The notes under the pieces were generated by a model. The model did no database searches. It had not been told where the DNA came from and saw nothing but the letters and a program-made list of their open reading frames with translations. From assembly GCA_000934665.2 (NCBI GenBank), contig KZ539218.1, positions 1 to 45,411 on the forward strand: DNA of 45,411 nt, written 5' to 3'. Made by a program: the position numbers and the translations under genes. The stretch is from Catajapyx aquilonaris (Eukaryota). Positions 21,501-34,800 of the stretch are shown here, piece after piece (position 1 is the first letter of the stretch; the number at the start of each line of letters is the position of its first letter).

Positions 21501-23956
21501 GCTTCATTTGAGGAGAATCGAAGGGGCGCATTGAGGCTCATGGGCCCTTGTCAATTGGCACAATGCACAGCTCCCAATATCCGGCCCTGGGGAGGAGCAA
21601 CTAGAAGGTAGGGGTCCGGAGAGAGAGAGAGGTTTTTACCCCCATCCAGACCAATAGTTCTGCATTGATTAGGTCGAAAAAGAGGGGAAGGTAGTTCTCG
21701 ATCAACGTGGTCCTTTTTCTGCCTTTTCGTTTCAAATCATTAGAATTTTTTTTTTTTCCCTTCCTGGAGCTGGAGACGAGGGGGTTGGAATGGGATTGAT
21801 CCTAGGGGACGGAGTTCTCCCCATTGAAAGGTGAGGTCTTTTGTTAAGCAGGTCAAATTAGGGGAGCGAATGGGCGGGGATGATTTTCCGTTCCTTGCTT
21901 CCAAGCGCATTTTCTCCATTCTTTGCGAATTTCTTTTTTTTATATATATATGTTGAAGTTTCGCGACCTGGACTTTTGGCAATTCGGCGAATGTGAGGTC
22001 CAAAATTGGCCCTGTTTCGAATTTTCATCCCACTGCTAGATTTGGCGCAATGGGGATGGAGACAGCTCCTCTGGTGGGTGGGAGGAAGAACTATTTGTTC
22101 GCTGTCAGCCGGAGGGTCTACATCGCTCCATTCCCACCCCTCAGCGAATGAGCAAAGCGAGGTTTAAAAAAAAGTAATTATGTAACCAGCCAATGATATG
22201 CTAGGAGATGCACCAGGATTGGACAATGTTGTCATATTCCCCAATCTGAACCCAAAATCACTTCCTCGTTGCGGTCACCGTAAGGTCGGCTCGACTGTGT
22301 CAAACCAAGGTCCCCCGCTTCCCAAATCAATGCAGCGTACACCAAGTGAGCTTTCCTGTTTGCTTATTCATGCACTTGTCATCCTCCCATTAAGCCTCCC
22401 ACCTACTCGGCTGGGGTCATATAAAAAAATATAAATAATAAAGGGCGTAACTCAACCCCCCCTCTATACTAATCACCATATCTCGTCGGCTCATTTTCGC
22501 CTGTCCCCCTACCACATTGTCCACATCTAATTGAGAGACCCAGAGGGATATCCCCCTCCTAGGTTCTAGCATCAAACCAGCTGGACATGATAGGCGTCGG
22601 AAGACGGCTTTTGTCCGCCCTCCCCCTGCCACGCCTGTGCTACTCCAAAAACTGTAGAGATACTCCAGACTAGTGTCCCCGTATTACATAACCAGCTAGA
22701 GGGGGTTGGTTTGTAATAAGGACAATGGTTTGTCTGGGGATGACGGGTTTTGCGAAGACTTATCACTTGCTAATCCCTAAGGGGGTGGAGGGGTGCACCA
22801 ATATTGTTGTTCTAGGGGGGTATTATTGGTGAGGCAGAAGAGCTCATTTCCTGTCTTGTGTTTTGCGGGTTGGTTGTCGCTGCCAATTAGAAAGCCTGGA
22901 GCCTCGAAGTTTGCTAACTGTGGCAGCATTGCGGCCGCCATGACACTTAGGGGCATGTTGCCAGAGAAATGTCGGCGGACTTTTTTTTCTCTCTCTCCAA
23001 TAATTTAACCGGGTTGTGTCACGTATCCTATTAAATATCCGGAGCTCTTTGACATCGCCGTATTATAATATCGCTGGCACACGTAGTTGAATTTTGTGCC
23101 GCCATGACACACGCACACAAAAAAAGTACACCAAAGTGCATTAATACTAGGGAAGGACACCGAGCCGTGGCTGCCTTTGATCAGACTCTGCGACTAAGTG
23201 GGGTAGAGCATGTATGTGAAAACACACACACACACGTACACATACACTGAACACACACACCCTCTGCTGACATGCATGCCCCGCACGCGTTGGGAAGCCG
23301 CATCTCTTGGCCAGTGTCCGGCCATTAATTCCGGGCCAGGGCCTAGCTCATTAAGCCCCTGCGGTTCTTCGTTATCTGCCTTCATAATGATCGTCATTGG
23401 CTCCCCTCCCTCCGGCGCAAAAAATTGCCTCCATTGTTGCTGAGGTGACAATGGGAACGCCTTTTTTTCTGAGGTTTATAACAAAATCCGGTTGGCTGGC
23501 TGGGCTGGGCTGTGCCTCAGGGCTGCCACCACTTCATATTCATATCAATATAAGGGATGGATGGATGGATGGGCAACAAAGGGGTCCGTGGCCTTTTTCC
23601 CTCAGAACTGCCCCCTGGCCCCCCCCCCCCTCCTATCCCCACCAACCGCACGCCACAAATCAACGGCACCCTGTATATACACCACCCCACGGTTTTGACA
23701 CCCTCCAGCTGGCCCATCACCTTATTATTCTAAACGCCTTCAAATAGGGAGCGCACTGCTGCCAACACCCCCCTAGTCGGATATATTTTTTTTTTCTTCC
23801 CACGGACTAATAGGGACAAGTCCCAATTTGGCCGAGAGGGACCAGGATTAGGGTGTCAAGAGGTCAGCAAATTATTAGTCAGCACGTAGTACACGTCTGG
23901 ACACATAGGAAATTTTCTGGCTTGAGCGGCGCATAATATTTTTTGTCCAGTCGTCG

Positions 23957-24090
23957 CACTACTGTACTGGTGCCGCGAGGAGCCGATGGCCGGAAAGAGC
24001 GAATCGAAATTTGCCCTCCTGATGACCACCGGATCAAAAGTGAAGGTGGTCATATACGGAGGGAAACTTTCGATTCGCTCTTTTGCCGCC
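23957..24090. mobile_element. MITE family A, diverged copy
   Basis: CACTACTGTACTGGTGCC...GAAAGAGCGAATCGAAA...GATGACCACC...AAGTGAAGGTGGTCAT...TTTCGATTCGCTCTTT. Confidence 0.8.
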
Positions 24091-24984
24091 AGGGACATAA
24101 GACAGGTGAATCTCCTGGAGTTATGTTAATAACTGGATGACGAGCCATATTTAAGCTGCTTTTTTGATGGGTGGGCCTCCCCACACCGATCACATGATAA
24201 TCAGGCATGAACCTACAGGAAATTACACATTCTTTTTTTGTGTGTCCGTGAGTCTTCCACCCTTGTCTATATAACCCAAAACCTTGTGACCAATCGCAAG
24301 TTGGCAGGTCTTCTCCCTAAGCTCTTCCATCATGTCTCCTTGTCATACCAGATCGAGTGTGGAAAAGGTTAACAGGAGATGGGAGGATATAAGGAGAAGT
24401 TGAAGGGGGGAGGAGGTTAAGAGGAATGAATTTAAAAAAAAAAACAGTTATGGGGAAGGGGGCAACCAATAGGCGCTCATTTCATGGGAATTACATGCTA
24501 CGTGGGAGGTGAACCAAGCGTTTTTTTTTTCGTGGAAAAGACACGGTTGATTCAGCCTTCTAAGGAGGTGTCTGGGCTGTCCAAATGGGTGGGTGAAAAA
24601 AACTGGTTATATTTATAGCTAATATGTGTGCAGAAAAAAAATATTCGGAATCTCAGGATCGGTAAACAAGGCTTTTGTGGGTTGGCAAATCGCAAGAGTT
24701 TGAATTTAGGGGGGTGTTAGGGTGTGGGGACCTCTTCGGGAGACTTGAAAGGAGTCGTGTGCCTTGATGTGGTCGTTGAGTTTACGTCGCCGAAAAGCCG
24801 GCGGTCTTCCTAAAAACCTCCCCCTTCACCATAAGCCCTCCCCCCCCCCNCCCCCCCTGAAAACTCGATGCCACACACTGTCGCGAGATCATCTTGGGTG
24901 GTGAAACGAGCTCTCAGGGAGTGATGAAATTACGAGTCATAGCTGGGTCTTACCTCCTTATAAGACTGTGCCAAGTGCTGGGAA

Positions 24985-25450
24985 TTAATGGTGTCGTACT
25001 GGTGGCTCCACGAACCGTCGGCTGCAAATGAGCGAATCGAAAGGTGCCTCCGGATGACCACCTTCACTTCAGCGGATTCAGCCCTATCTTCAGCGGATAC
25101 AGCCCCTATCCTACGGGCTACGCTGCAACGGAACATATAACCTTCCTTCCTTGCGGATGCAGCCCTCTCTTCAGCGGATACAGCCCCTATCATACGGGCT
25201 ACGCTGCAACGGAACATATAACCTTTCTTGCGGATGCAGTCCTATCTTCAGCGGATACAGCCCTATCTTCAGCGGATACAGCCCCTGTCCTATAAGGGGT
25301 ACGCTGCAACATAACCTAACCTTCCTTCATTCCTTGCGGATGAAGCCCTAGCTGATCAGCGGATACAGCCCTGTGAAGGTGGTCATCCGGAGGCAACTTT
25401 TGATTCGTACTTTCGCCACCACGGCTCATGGCGCCACCAATACAGTAGTG
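24985..25450. mobile_element. MITE family A copy carrying an internal minisatellite
   Basis: Left arm 24985-25068 ends CCGGATGACCACCTTCACT; right arm starts GTGAAGGTGGTCATCCGGAGGCA at 25373. Confidence 0.85.
25069..25372. repeat. Compound minisatellite (21-bp subunit inside ~80-100-bp higher-order units)
   Basis: Nine GCGGAT.(C/A)AG.CC motifs and three TACGCTGCAAC blocks. Confidence 0.85.
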
Positions 25451-27058
25451 AGCCATCTATGTGAGGGATGTGGTACTATCCAGGTCCAAAATGGCAGCTT
25501 TTCAACTCATGACTGGCCATATGGTCCATGCCAGTTCCTCCGCATTGGCGAATCTCTCTGGTGCCCCTGTAGAAAAGGAAACTCCTTTGAAAAGACCCCC
25601 TCTTGTCCCCTTTTCCTTCCTCCATTACCGAAATTAAAACTAATCCGGGCGGAGGCAGACTCCGGGGGTGCTTTTTTTTTTTGTTGTTCCGGGGCCCTCT
25701 TACCATCCAACCGAGCAAAAGAGAGGGGGGATATGCAACCGAGCGGGGGACACGCCTAGTTGGCATCTTCGAAATATCAGGATGTCCCGGACTTTTTCTC
25801 CCGGACAGGACAAGGCACACGCGACGTCAGTTTTAAACTCATGGGGGCGTGGATGAAATAATTAATATTCTCCGGCTTCAAACATAATCAGATCCTCATT
25901 TTTTTTTTGCGCAAATGTAACATGCACGACCCCGTGAAGCGTGCGTTACAATGCAGGCGCATAACCCCGGGGAGGAATTTCTCACGTGTCCTGTTTCCTC
26001 CCAGCAAAACTGTCCGCGTAAGTCCCGGTTTTACTGAAGTGCAACAAATTACAAGTCGCATGTGTGCAATTAACTAGTTAATTGCTACTGTATTCCATGT
26101 TACAAATAAATTGTTGCTGCTGTGTAATTACTTGAAGGGTTTCAATTTTTAGGATGACATACCCTCGATGAGGGATAACGAGGAGTGGAAAGTTTGATAT
26201 CGGGTTTTTTTCTTCTTCTTCTTCTTCTGGGTACTGTATAGAACGGGGGAGTGGGGGGGACCGGGTTTGAAGAAGAGCAGTGAAGAAGAGTGTAGTATGA
26301 GTTTCGTCTCTCTTGGAAAGCATTCAAATCATGAGCTTGCTTGTGGAGGATCCCGGGCTCCAATTGGGAACCGGGCCCAATTTTCGTAATGGAAGAGGAG
26401 AAGAGAGAAGAGGCTTGGCTCGGTTAGAGCGGTCAACAGACTTCGTTTGAAGAGGGTAGGAAATAGGGGGAAGAGGATAGCGGGGAGGGGGAGGATGAGA
26501 CTTCTTCTCTTTTTTTATTTATATATATTAAGGGAAGGGGAGGCCCGTGTAAGAAGAAAATTGTAACTAATAGGACCGGAAGACTGAAAAAACCCACCGA
26601 AAACACAGCTTTTAAATTTATATTAGTTTTAATATACCATGCTGAATATCCCCAACGTCTGTACACTATTTGAATGCGTACCGGAAACCATGCATCGTGC
26701 GTCTAAGTACTTGAGAAGGTAAAGAATGGCAGGAAGAATAAAGGCAAAAGGGCAGTGGGAAATTTCCGTCCCCCCGTTGGCACCTTTGCTTGCATTCTTT
26801 TCCCCCTAGTTAATTTCCCAAAGATGGCAGCTATATGTGTGTGTGCTTGGCAAATTATGGAGATATGTAATGAAAGGAAGCCATCTTGTTGTGTCCTGGA
26901 AGCATTTAATGCTGTTTGTCAGCACCATAAAATCATATAAAATGTTATACATGTTGCCAATTATTTTCTACTGGTATATAGAGAACACGGCCTTGCCACA
27001 CTTGAACGTAGTACGATATGCCACTACCAGTAGGCGTCCCAATTGAATTGTGTCTGAC

Positions 27059-27588
27059 CACTCTTTAAAAAATTTCGAGTGAAATATTTAACTCAAAAAG
27101 GAGCAATTTCGCAATATGTATTTTTTTAAAGTGAATTTTTCTCGGCAAAGATTTTAGTTTAACTCAAACCGAGTGGAATATTACTCGAAAGAAGAGTGAA
27201 AATAAGTGAGAGGCTACTGTTTCAGTGAGTGAAATTATTACTCAATTCTGAGTGAAATTATTACCTATTTTGAGCGAAATTATTACTCATTCTGAGTGAA
27301 ATTATTACTTATTTTGAGCGAAATTATTACTCATTCTGAGCGAAATTATTACTCATTCTGAGCGAAATTATTACTTATTTTGAGCGAAATTATTACTCAT
27401 TCTGAGTGAAATTATTACTTATTCTGAGAGAAATTATTACTAATGGAATGATTGAAATGATTGCGCATTCTGAGCACTCAATCTAATGAGTGCTTTTCAC
27501 TCAAAACGAGTGTGATTCAAATCAAGTGGAATAAAAGAGTGAAAATCACTCTAAACGAGTGGAAATATACTCGAAATATTTTAAAGTG
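27059..27588. mobile_element. CACTA/EnSpm-like non-autonomous element with internal tandem array
   Basis: Termini CACTCTTTAAAAAATTTCGAGT and ACTCGAAATATTTTAAAGTG; many subterminal GAGTGAAA motifs. Superfamily inferred from the CACT ends only. Confidence 0.65.
27227..27441. repeat. 22-bp minisatellite, 10 copies
   Basis: Unit TTCTGAGYGAAATTATTACTCA. GAAATTATTA occurs at 27231, 27254, then every 22 bp to 27430. Confidence 0.95.
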
Positions 27589-27844
27589 TATAGAGAGTGA
27601 ACCTGATGTGTCATGTCATTATTGAACTAGGAAAGTACATGCTCCTAGATGAGTAAACGCGTGCATAGGGACAGAGTCACGCCTATAGGCAGTTATATAT
27701 GATTAAATGATATACAGGGTAGCCAATATTTTTGTTACAAAAATATTTGAAGTAATCTGCTGTGAATTTTTAAAATTTCTTTTTAAATGAGTCCACTTTT
27801 CTCCAGCTGGCAAATACAGAGGTTGGCAAGCTTTGGTCCCTTTG

Positions 27845-28212
27845 CAGGGCGCCGGATTTTCGACGCAACCTCCCGGTTCGTTCGATGTTCCCGGATCTCA
27901 GCCTCCCCCCGTAACTTTACGGACTATGCGCCCTGAGCCCCATCGAAACTCCGGGGCACACATCTATCCCCCTCCCAGTGTATTTTCTCCTCCTCTCTCC
28001 TCTCCCGGATTTCGCTCCGCCACGCCCCGAAACTCCGGGGACGGCCATTTGCCCTGCGCCAACTACCATCTTTTATGCAAAATCCGGGGGGGAACCCCTT
28101 TGGTTATCTACCTAATAAAAAAAAATAAAAAAAATCCAGATAACTTGTCATTTTTTTTCCTGCCCCCCCTTTTTTTAAAAAGGGGGGCTGAAATCCGGGG
28201 TATGCCAGGCGT
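27845..28212. mobile_element. Decayed DNA-transposon-like segment with inward-facing subterminal repeats (hAT-like)
   Basis: CCGGAT(T) motifs mostly in the left half and AAA(C)TCCGGGG motifs towards the right. Termini unclear. Confidence 0.35.
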
Positions 28213-31200
28213 GAAATGAAGCCTGTGTTTTCCGGTTAAGGCCAATCTTAATTCAACCCTCTTTCGCGCCTCCGGGCGGAAAAGGAACCGGTCCGGAACA
28301 TGTCTACCCACCCGAAACGTCTTCGTCTACTGAAACACGAGTTACATACTCACACACATGACCTGGGGGATGGGAAATCGTCTTGACGGATTGGGTTGTT
28401 TTTTAAAGTTTTGGATGGGACCGGATGTTCCGGATATTTTGTTCCAGTGCCAGGCAATGCACTTTAGAGTAGTATAAAAATCTGATTGCGTTTTACGGGG
28501 TAGGTGGCAGCAGCAGATGGGGGGCGGGGACTCCGGTGTTGTTTACAGGAAGGAAGGTCATAAACAGGTGACACTTGTCATATTTGGCGTGTTTATTTGG
28601 GTTTAAAGAGAGGGTAGTGCGAACCGGAAGTTGGGAGCTTAAAATTTTTTGGGAGCACGTGCATGTAAATAAGCGAAATATTTGTTATAATTTATAGGAG
28701 CAAGGAAATATCACGCACAGATGAGCATTATGATTCGACATGAAAGTCGCAAATTTTTCTCAAATTAGTCGGACAATCATGTGAATTTCAGACTTGACAC
28801 TAAGGCGGAATTAATGCAAATTATGAGCACGTTGCGAATAATTGTTCGCAACAGAAGCAACCATGACATACAAGCTGAACTTATTAGCTAAGTTGCTGAA
28901 GCATTCTGTCGCTTTGTTGTTATTATTAATTGTAGCCTATACGTACAGTCAAGCCTACGTATTTTACGATAATGGCAAATATTCAAATGTAATAGTTTAA
29001 GTAGTCTAATTCCAATGACGAATAATCCCTCGATTACGGTACATTTTTAAGAATATATTTTTGGCCGTGGAAAATGACTTCAGCGATATCTGACGTTTTA
29101 GTCAAATTCACAGCTTGATTTTTGCTAATTTCAGGGGGTCGAATTTTAATTTTTTAAAGTCGCTATGCATTGTTAATTGCATATTTGGAGTGCTTAATTT
29201 TAATTAATGGGTTTATCCAGATTATAAAGCAGAACCAACTCAGTTTGGAGTTCAGATAGTAATTTTGGAGTGCAAATTGCATATTTGCATCCGAATATTT
29301 CGACCTCCCGAAAAAATTCATCACATTTGATATTTTATTTTAATTTACATTTTTTTAAAACTAGAGATATACTTGGGGAGTGCACCACCCTGTGTGTGAA
29401 ATGCTTGCCTGTAACAAAATTTATATCGTCGCCTATAAGACTTTCACCCCATGGCAGATAAATACTAGCGAATGAACCTAAGCAGCTTACACACCGCCTA
29501 TACATTTCTAAAACCAGATTGCAGCTTACGTTCGGATAAGAAGGTCCGGGAGCAGGGGGAAAAATATGCTGTATATCAAATATATATATATATAAAAGGT
29601 GGAACAACATTTGGATATGAATGGGGAAGTGCAGGAAGCGAGTCGTTGGTGTGTTATTTCCCACTCATGTATATAGACACACACACACACGGTTGGGCGG
29701 GTTTTATAGCGATTGTTCTTCAGCGCGATAACGACTAGGGGTGTGGGGAACTCACTTTATTCGGACGTATATGTCAGAATCATGGCGTACTTTTCGATGG
29801 CCTCCCTCCACACTAAATTAAGACGTAAAATGTACGACAATGAGCTCTCTGTAATGATTTACAGGGGCGGAAGCGCACATTTTATTGTCCGTGAAGATAA
29901 CTATCAGAGAAGTAGGGGGAGGGAGAGAAAAAAAAGGGCTGGTTTTTATGTGAATTCTACACTCCCTAAGGAATCCGATCCTACCCACCTGTGTGTCATT
30001 GGCGTCATTTGAGTGCGTAAAGGATGAGACGGACAAAAAAAGGGGGGATGGGGGACCCTTCATTAATGGACAGGTAAAAAAAAAAACAGGAAGGATTTGT
30101 CATTTGAGAACGATTCTTGTGGTTATTACCCTGGTTACACGTGATGACGTCATGCTCTGCTGGTCCTGAATTTTTAGGGTATTTTTTTAAAAGGCACGTG
30201 TTGATTGGGTTTGATTTAACCATAGCCTATCGTCCTACATGTATAGCACAGTTGTTGTACAGTACTTGTAGTAATTGCAGGGATCGAAATATTCTGATGT
30301 AAGCAGCTGAGGCTGTCATATCCGGATGCAAAAAATTATTTTAAAAAAACGTACATCAGGCATGGGTTGTAAAATTTGCCGATTTTTTTTCCAACTATAA
30401 CTATAGGCTATACCGTCTTAACTGGCAGTTAATTTTTTGGGGGCGATTTATAGCCACATTTTTTAAGCGTCATTTCCTTCCCCCGCTTCTCGCTGAATTC
30501 GCCAAATAATCTAGTTATATCCGGAAGACAAGTGGCATTTCAGCCTACAAATCTTCGGAGTTGTGAGCAACAACGCTTAACCTATCGGTTCGAAACCAAT
30601 CTCATTACCAGCGCTAATTGCGCTTCTAGTTAAGGGTTGCCAACTCGATTTTGTTGGTGGGAGGGGGGTATCCTTTAATTTTAATATATATATATATAAT
30701 ATTTCTCCTCCTCTCCATTTCCGCTATATATTTTTTTTTTGCAGTGATTTCTTCGTCGTTTTGAGGGGGGGTTATATCGTGGAGGCGTCGTTAGCGTTGG
30801 TTCGTGCTGTTTTCTTGCTGACATCGCCAATATGGATTTTTCATTTGCCAGTTTCGAGGGGGGGTCGAACTAGGGGTTGAAGTTAGGGGGGGATTTAGAC
30901 TCAGTCGGCTTTATATATAGTGCTTAGGACGCTGGTTTTCCAGTGGGCGGGAAGGGGGGGGGGCAGCGTTGCCATTTGTCCGCCCCCCGGGTATGGATGA
31001 CATATTGATCGGACACGGTGTGTGTCGAGCAAACAAGCTGCTAAACGAAAATCCTCCCTAGCCACTTGTGTTTTTTTGCGTTGTTTTTTTGGTACACTAG
31101 TTTAGTCATACGGGTTGGATTGTGAAAAAAAAAATTGAGGGCGTGAAATTTAAAAAAATTTATTGGCGTTGCTAACAACTTTTGCACCTATCAAGAGCAA

Positions 31201-31666
31201 CATTTTTCTGTGAATAAGTTGTTCTCTCTCTGAATTATTTTCAGCTCTGTAAGTTTGGATTCTCAAATTTTACTACTCTTGTTCAGCAGTGGACATGAAC
31301 GAGCATTTTCATTCATCGACTCTATTCATAGACCAATTTTTAAAGTCGATTTAAGTAAAATATTAAGTCGGATCGATTTTAAGAATTTGGTCAGGTCAAT
31401 TGAAATAGAGGTTCTGCGAGGGCATACCAAGTACGAAGTGAAAAATTTGGTCCAAAAAAATAATTTAAGAAGTCTGGCCACAAGATTCTAATAAGCCAAT
31501 CCGAAATTTGTCATGTTAATTGGTTCAGTTGTATCATACCTTGATCAAACGATGGTACGAAAGTAAAATGTTAACTCATTTCTTTATTTAAAAGCCCCCC
31601 GTTGGAATTAGTTGCAAATAAACGTCTCCAAAATGTGTATACAAAAATTAGTAATGATACTACAGG

Positions 31667-31803
31667 TGTACTATCGGGTTCAAATACTTTTGGCCACTTT
31701 ATTGTGGTCTTGAAGCAACCCTTCACAGACACACACCTCCTGTGCGAAGGGCTGCTTCAAGACCAGGATAAAGTGGACAAAAGTATTTGAACCCGATAGT
31801 ACA
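31667..31803. mobile_element. Near-perfect 137-bp fold-back element, probably a Tc1/mariner-derived MITE
   Basis: TGTACTATCGGGTTCAAATACTTTTGGCCACTTTAT...GGTCTTGAAGCAACCCTTC / GAAGGGCTGCTTCAAGACC..ATAAAGTGGACAAAAGTATTTGAACCCGATAGTACA. TA at both ends; CAAATACTTTTGGCCAC resembles Tc1 TIR motifs. Confidence 0.8.
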
Positions 31804-34800
31804 AAGCAATTAATAGATTGATCGTGAACCAATTCTTCTACAGCAATATTGATAAAATATATGCTTATTTATTTATTTACACCTTTAATACCATTTTTTG
31901 GAGCGATACATCACTTGACGGAAATGTTTCTGTAACAACCTTTCAGTAGCATTATCCACGAGTTGTAAACTTTTTAAATGGATTATCCTTATCATACTGT
32001 ATGTCCTGATAGAATTACTGATATTGGCAATTTATCTCCGGACATTTTGCAGGCACTGTTTTCGGATCCTGCTTAACTTTTCATATATAATTTTTCGCAA
32101 ATCTTTATACGCCGGTGCAGTACATACATTGCAAAAACCACGAACCACTTGTCCTCTTTTTATTTTTATTTTTTTTGCACTTTACTCACACACGGTCTTG
32201 CAATATATATATGAAAACTTGAGATGAAATCCCGCCTGAGTGGACACAACCGAGCTCCACTTTTGCCGACTGAACGAACCCTATAAGAAGGATAAGAAGG
32301 AAAGGAAAAAAAAAGTGTATGGTATGATGTGATGCATTAGGATGGCGGTCGGTTTTCCTCGGGTATGAACGTATGCCCTAGTCCACATGACATTCATTCC
32401 CGGTGCATTGGGCCGCACCAAGATCAAAGTCGCTCATGGGGAGAGGGAGGGGGGGTTTTGAAGGGAAAGGGGGAGAGAAGGGGGGGNGAAGGTCTGCAGC
32501 TTCCTCCCGAGGTGTACACAACTTCCAGATATTTGCCCCGGCTTCCAAATTCAACCTCCGTACCGTATATACGGTATATACATGCTGCCAACCTCTCCCA
32601 GTTTTAGAGAGAGAGAGATGCTTTTGACCCACCTTGAGTTTGCTGCGAATGTCGGTTTGGGGAAGAGAGGAAAAGGGGAGAGGGGGAGAGAGGGTTTCTA
32701 CCTCCGAATGGTAAACAAGTCGGCGTTGCGGCACAAATTTGAAAGCGGATTTTGAGAGGACCCCCCCCCCNTTTTCCCCCTGTTTAATTGAAAATCGGGC
32801 CCCCGATACTCCTCTCTTTTTTTAACGGCCCCATAGCGAAAATCCCCTCTCCGCCTGATTACACCAATTTTCGATTTAACGACTGGAGCTCAAACTCGAA
32901 CTGCAAACACTATACCATCACATGTCAAACCTGCTGGGGGGAGGTGTAGATTCGCTTACACACATTGTGTCCACAACCGATCACAGATTGACATTTTCCA
33001 CGGAAAAAAAATTTCAATCAAATTGCCCCGGATTTGTCTTATTGCATTGATAATAATTACCAAGTAGCTGAGAGTGTCACGTCGTGCATAGATTTGGCTA
33101 CAGGTGTGACTCGGCTCATCACCTAGGTGCATGTAGTCGTTCAATAATGAGAGGACTCTCTGTGGCGATCACTTCAACAGAGGTGGGCTTTGTCCGCGTG
33201 GTGACTCATCACCAACGTGCATCCTGAGAGCGGCAGTAGCGCCATCTGGTAATGCACATGTCTCCAGAAGCTTGTCCTATACATATTGCCTCGTACTTTT
33301 AAATACTGGTAGTGTCTGATCCAATAGATTCAACAGGACAAAAGAGGTCCGAATTCTTATTGTTGTCTTCTCTTCTTTTTCTATTTGGTGGAGATCCGGG
33401 CTTGAAAAAGGTCTCCGGTGGCGAGACGGAAATAACGTGCCCAATTTCCCGTTGGATCCGGAGAGGCGGCGGGGGAGTTAGAGAGAAAAGAAGGGAAAAA
33501 AGGGGGGGAGAGAGAGAGAACCTTCCTGGGCAAATGTTTGCTTCTTTCCAACAAATCCTCTCGTCTACCTGCAATTTTCCTCCCTTGCTCCCTTGCCACG
33601 CCTCGATAGATTTCTTCAGGAAAAAAAAAGAAAAAGAGGGACCGAACATTGGACTCCAAAAGCAGCGTTTTATCTGCCGTCTATAGCATTGTTAGGTGAT
33701 AAAAATTGTACAATCGAAATATAAATCCTGGAACCAAAAGTCCCCCCACCAAAAAATAAGTCCTTTTGAGGGATGGGAAAACTTGTCATTTCGAGCACCC
33801 CTCCCCCCCCATAAAAATAGAGTCAACAACGCAACACACAAGAGAGACATAATTGTGTGTGTTGAGAGAGAAGCGAAAATAGCTGGCCTTTTTTTTATAC
33901 TCGATGACAGTAATAATGCGACCTGTTTCATTGTGTGTGTGTGGCTTGTCCAGATCGATTGGTTAAAAAGGCTAGTCATTATGCAACATGACATGCTGTC
34001 CCCTCTAGTTGCAACCCCTCTACCAATTTTTTTTGTCGCATTTATTTATTTATAATTTTATCTGACCTCCCTGGATGGATTTACTGGACGTTTCATGTCA
34101 TAGTTAATCGGCTTTTCCACGCAGTTCACATGTGAATTCGGTATGAAGGTGGGAGGGAGTCATAATGCAACAGGTATAATTTGCGAGTAATCTTTGCATA
34201 ACTTATTGTAAGGTCGCAGCCAAAAAACTGGATCGTGAGAACTTTGTGACTTATTGTGGCGAACAAATTCTTGAAATATTTAAATGCAGCGTACGTGATG
34301 TACCGCACGTTTTTCAGAGTTGCCTTCAAAAAAATAAATATATATAAAAATGGCTTTCTTTCCGCGATATCGGAGAAAAATTTCCGGCCTTCGCCCCCCC
34401 CTCCCATGCCTGCCCCGGGCATGGATTTGTAATACAGAACTCAGCCTCGTGTTTGCATTTCAAAGTGTTTCAGAGGGGGTATGGTGGGGGCGGTTGGATG
34501 GGGCTTGAGGGGGTCTTGCCCTAACCCTCCCACCCTCTCTCTCACATGCTGAGGAGGAAAAGAGTTTGAAAAGCTAATTTGGGCGAACGGCTCGTGTTTT
34601 CGGCATGCAGAAATTTTTCACGGGCGCTTAAACCCCCCTGTGCCCCTGAAGCAAAGGCAAGTTTTTTTTTCTGCGAGAAAAAAAAACAGACGTAAAAGAG
34701 AGAGAGAGAAAAAAAAAAATATATATATATATATATAATGCGCCTCCAGGTTTTTGCTTTGGCTTGATAGGACCTAAGGCGAGATATGTGGAGAAAAAAA

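Noticed and set aside
28098..28110. miR-9-like string CTTTGGTTATCTA
   Set aside because: Only a 13-nt match, diverges afterwards, no star arm; lies within a decayed repeat.
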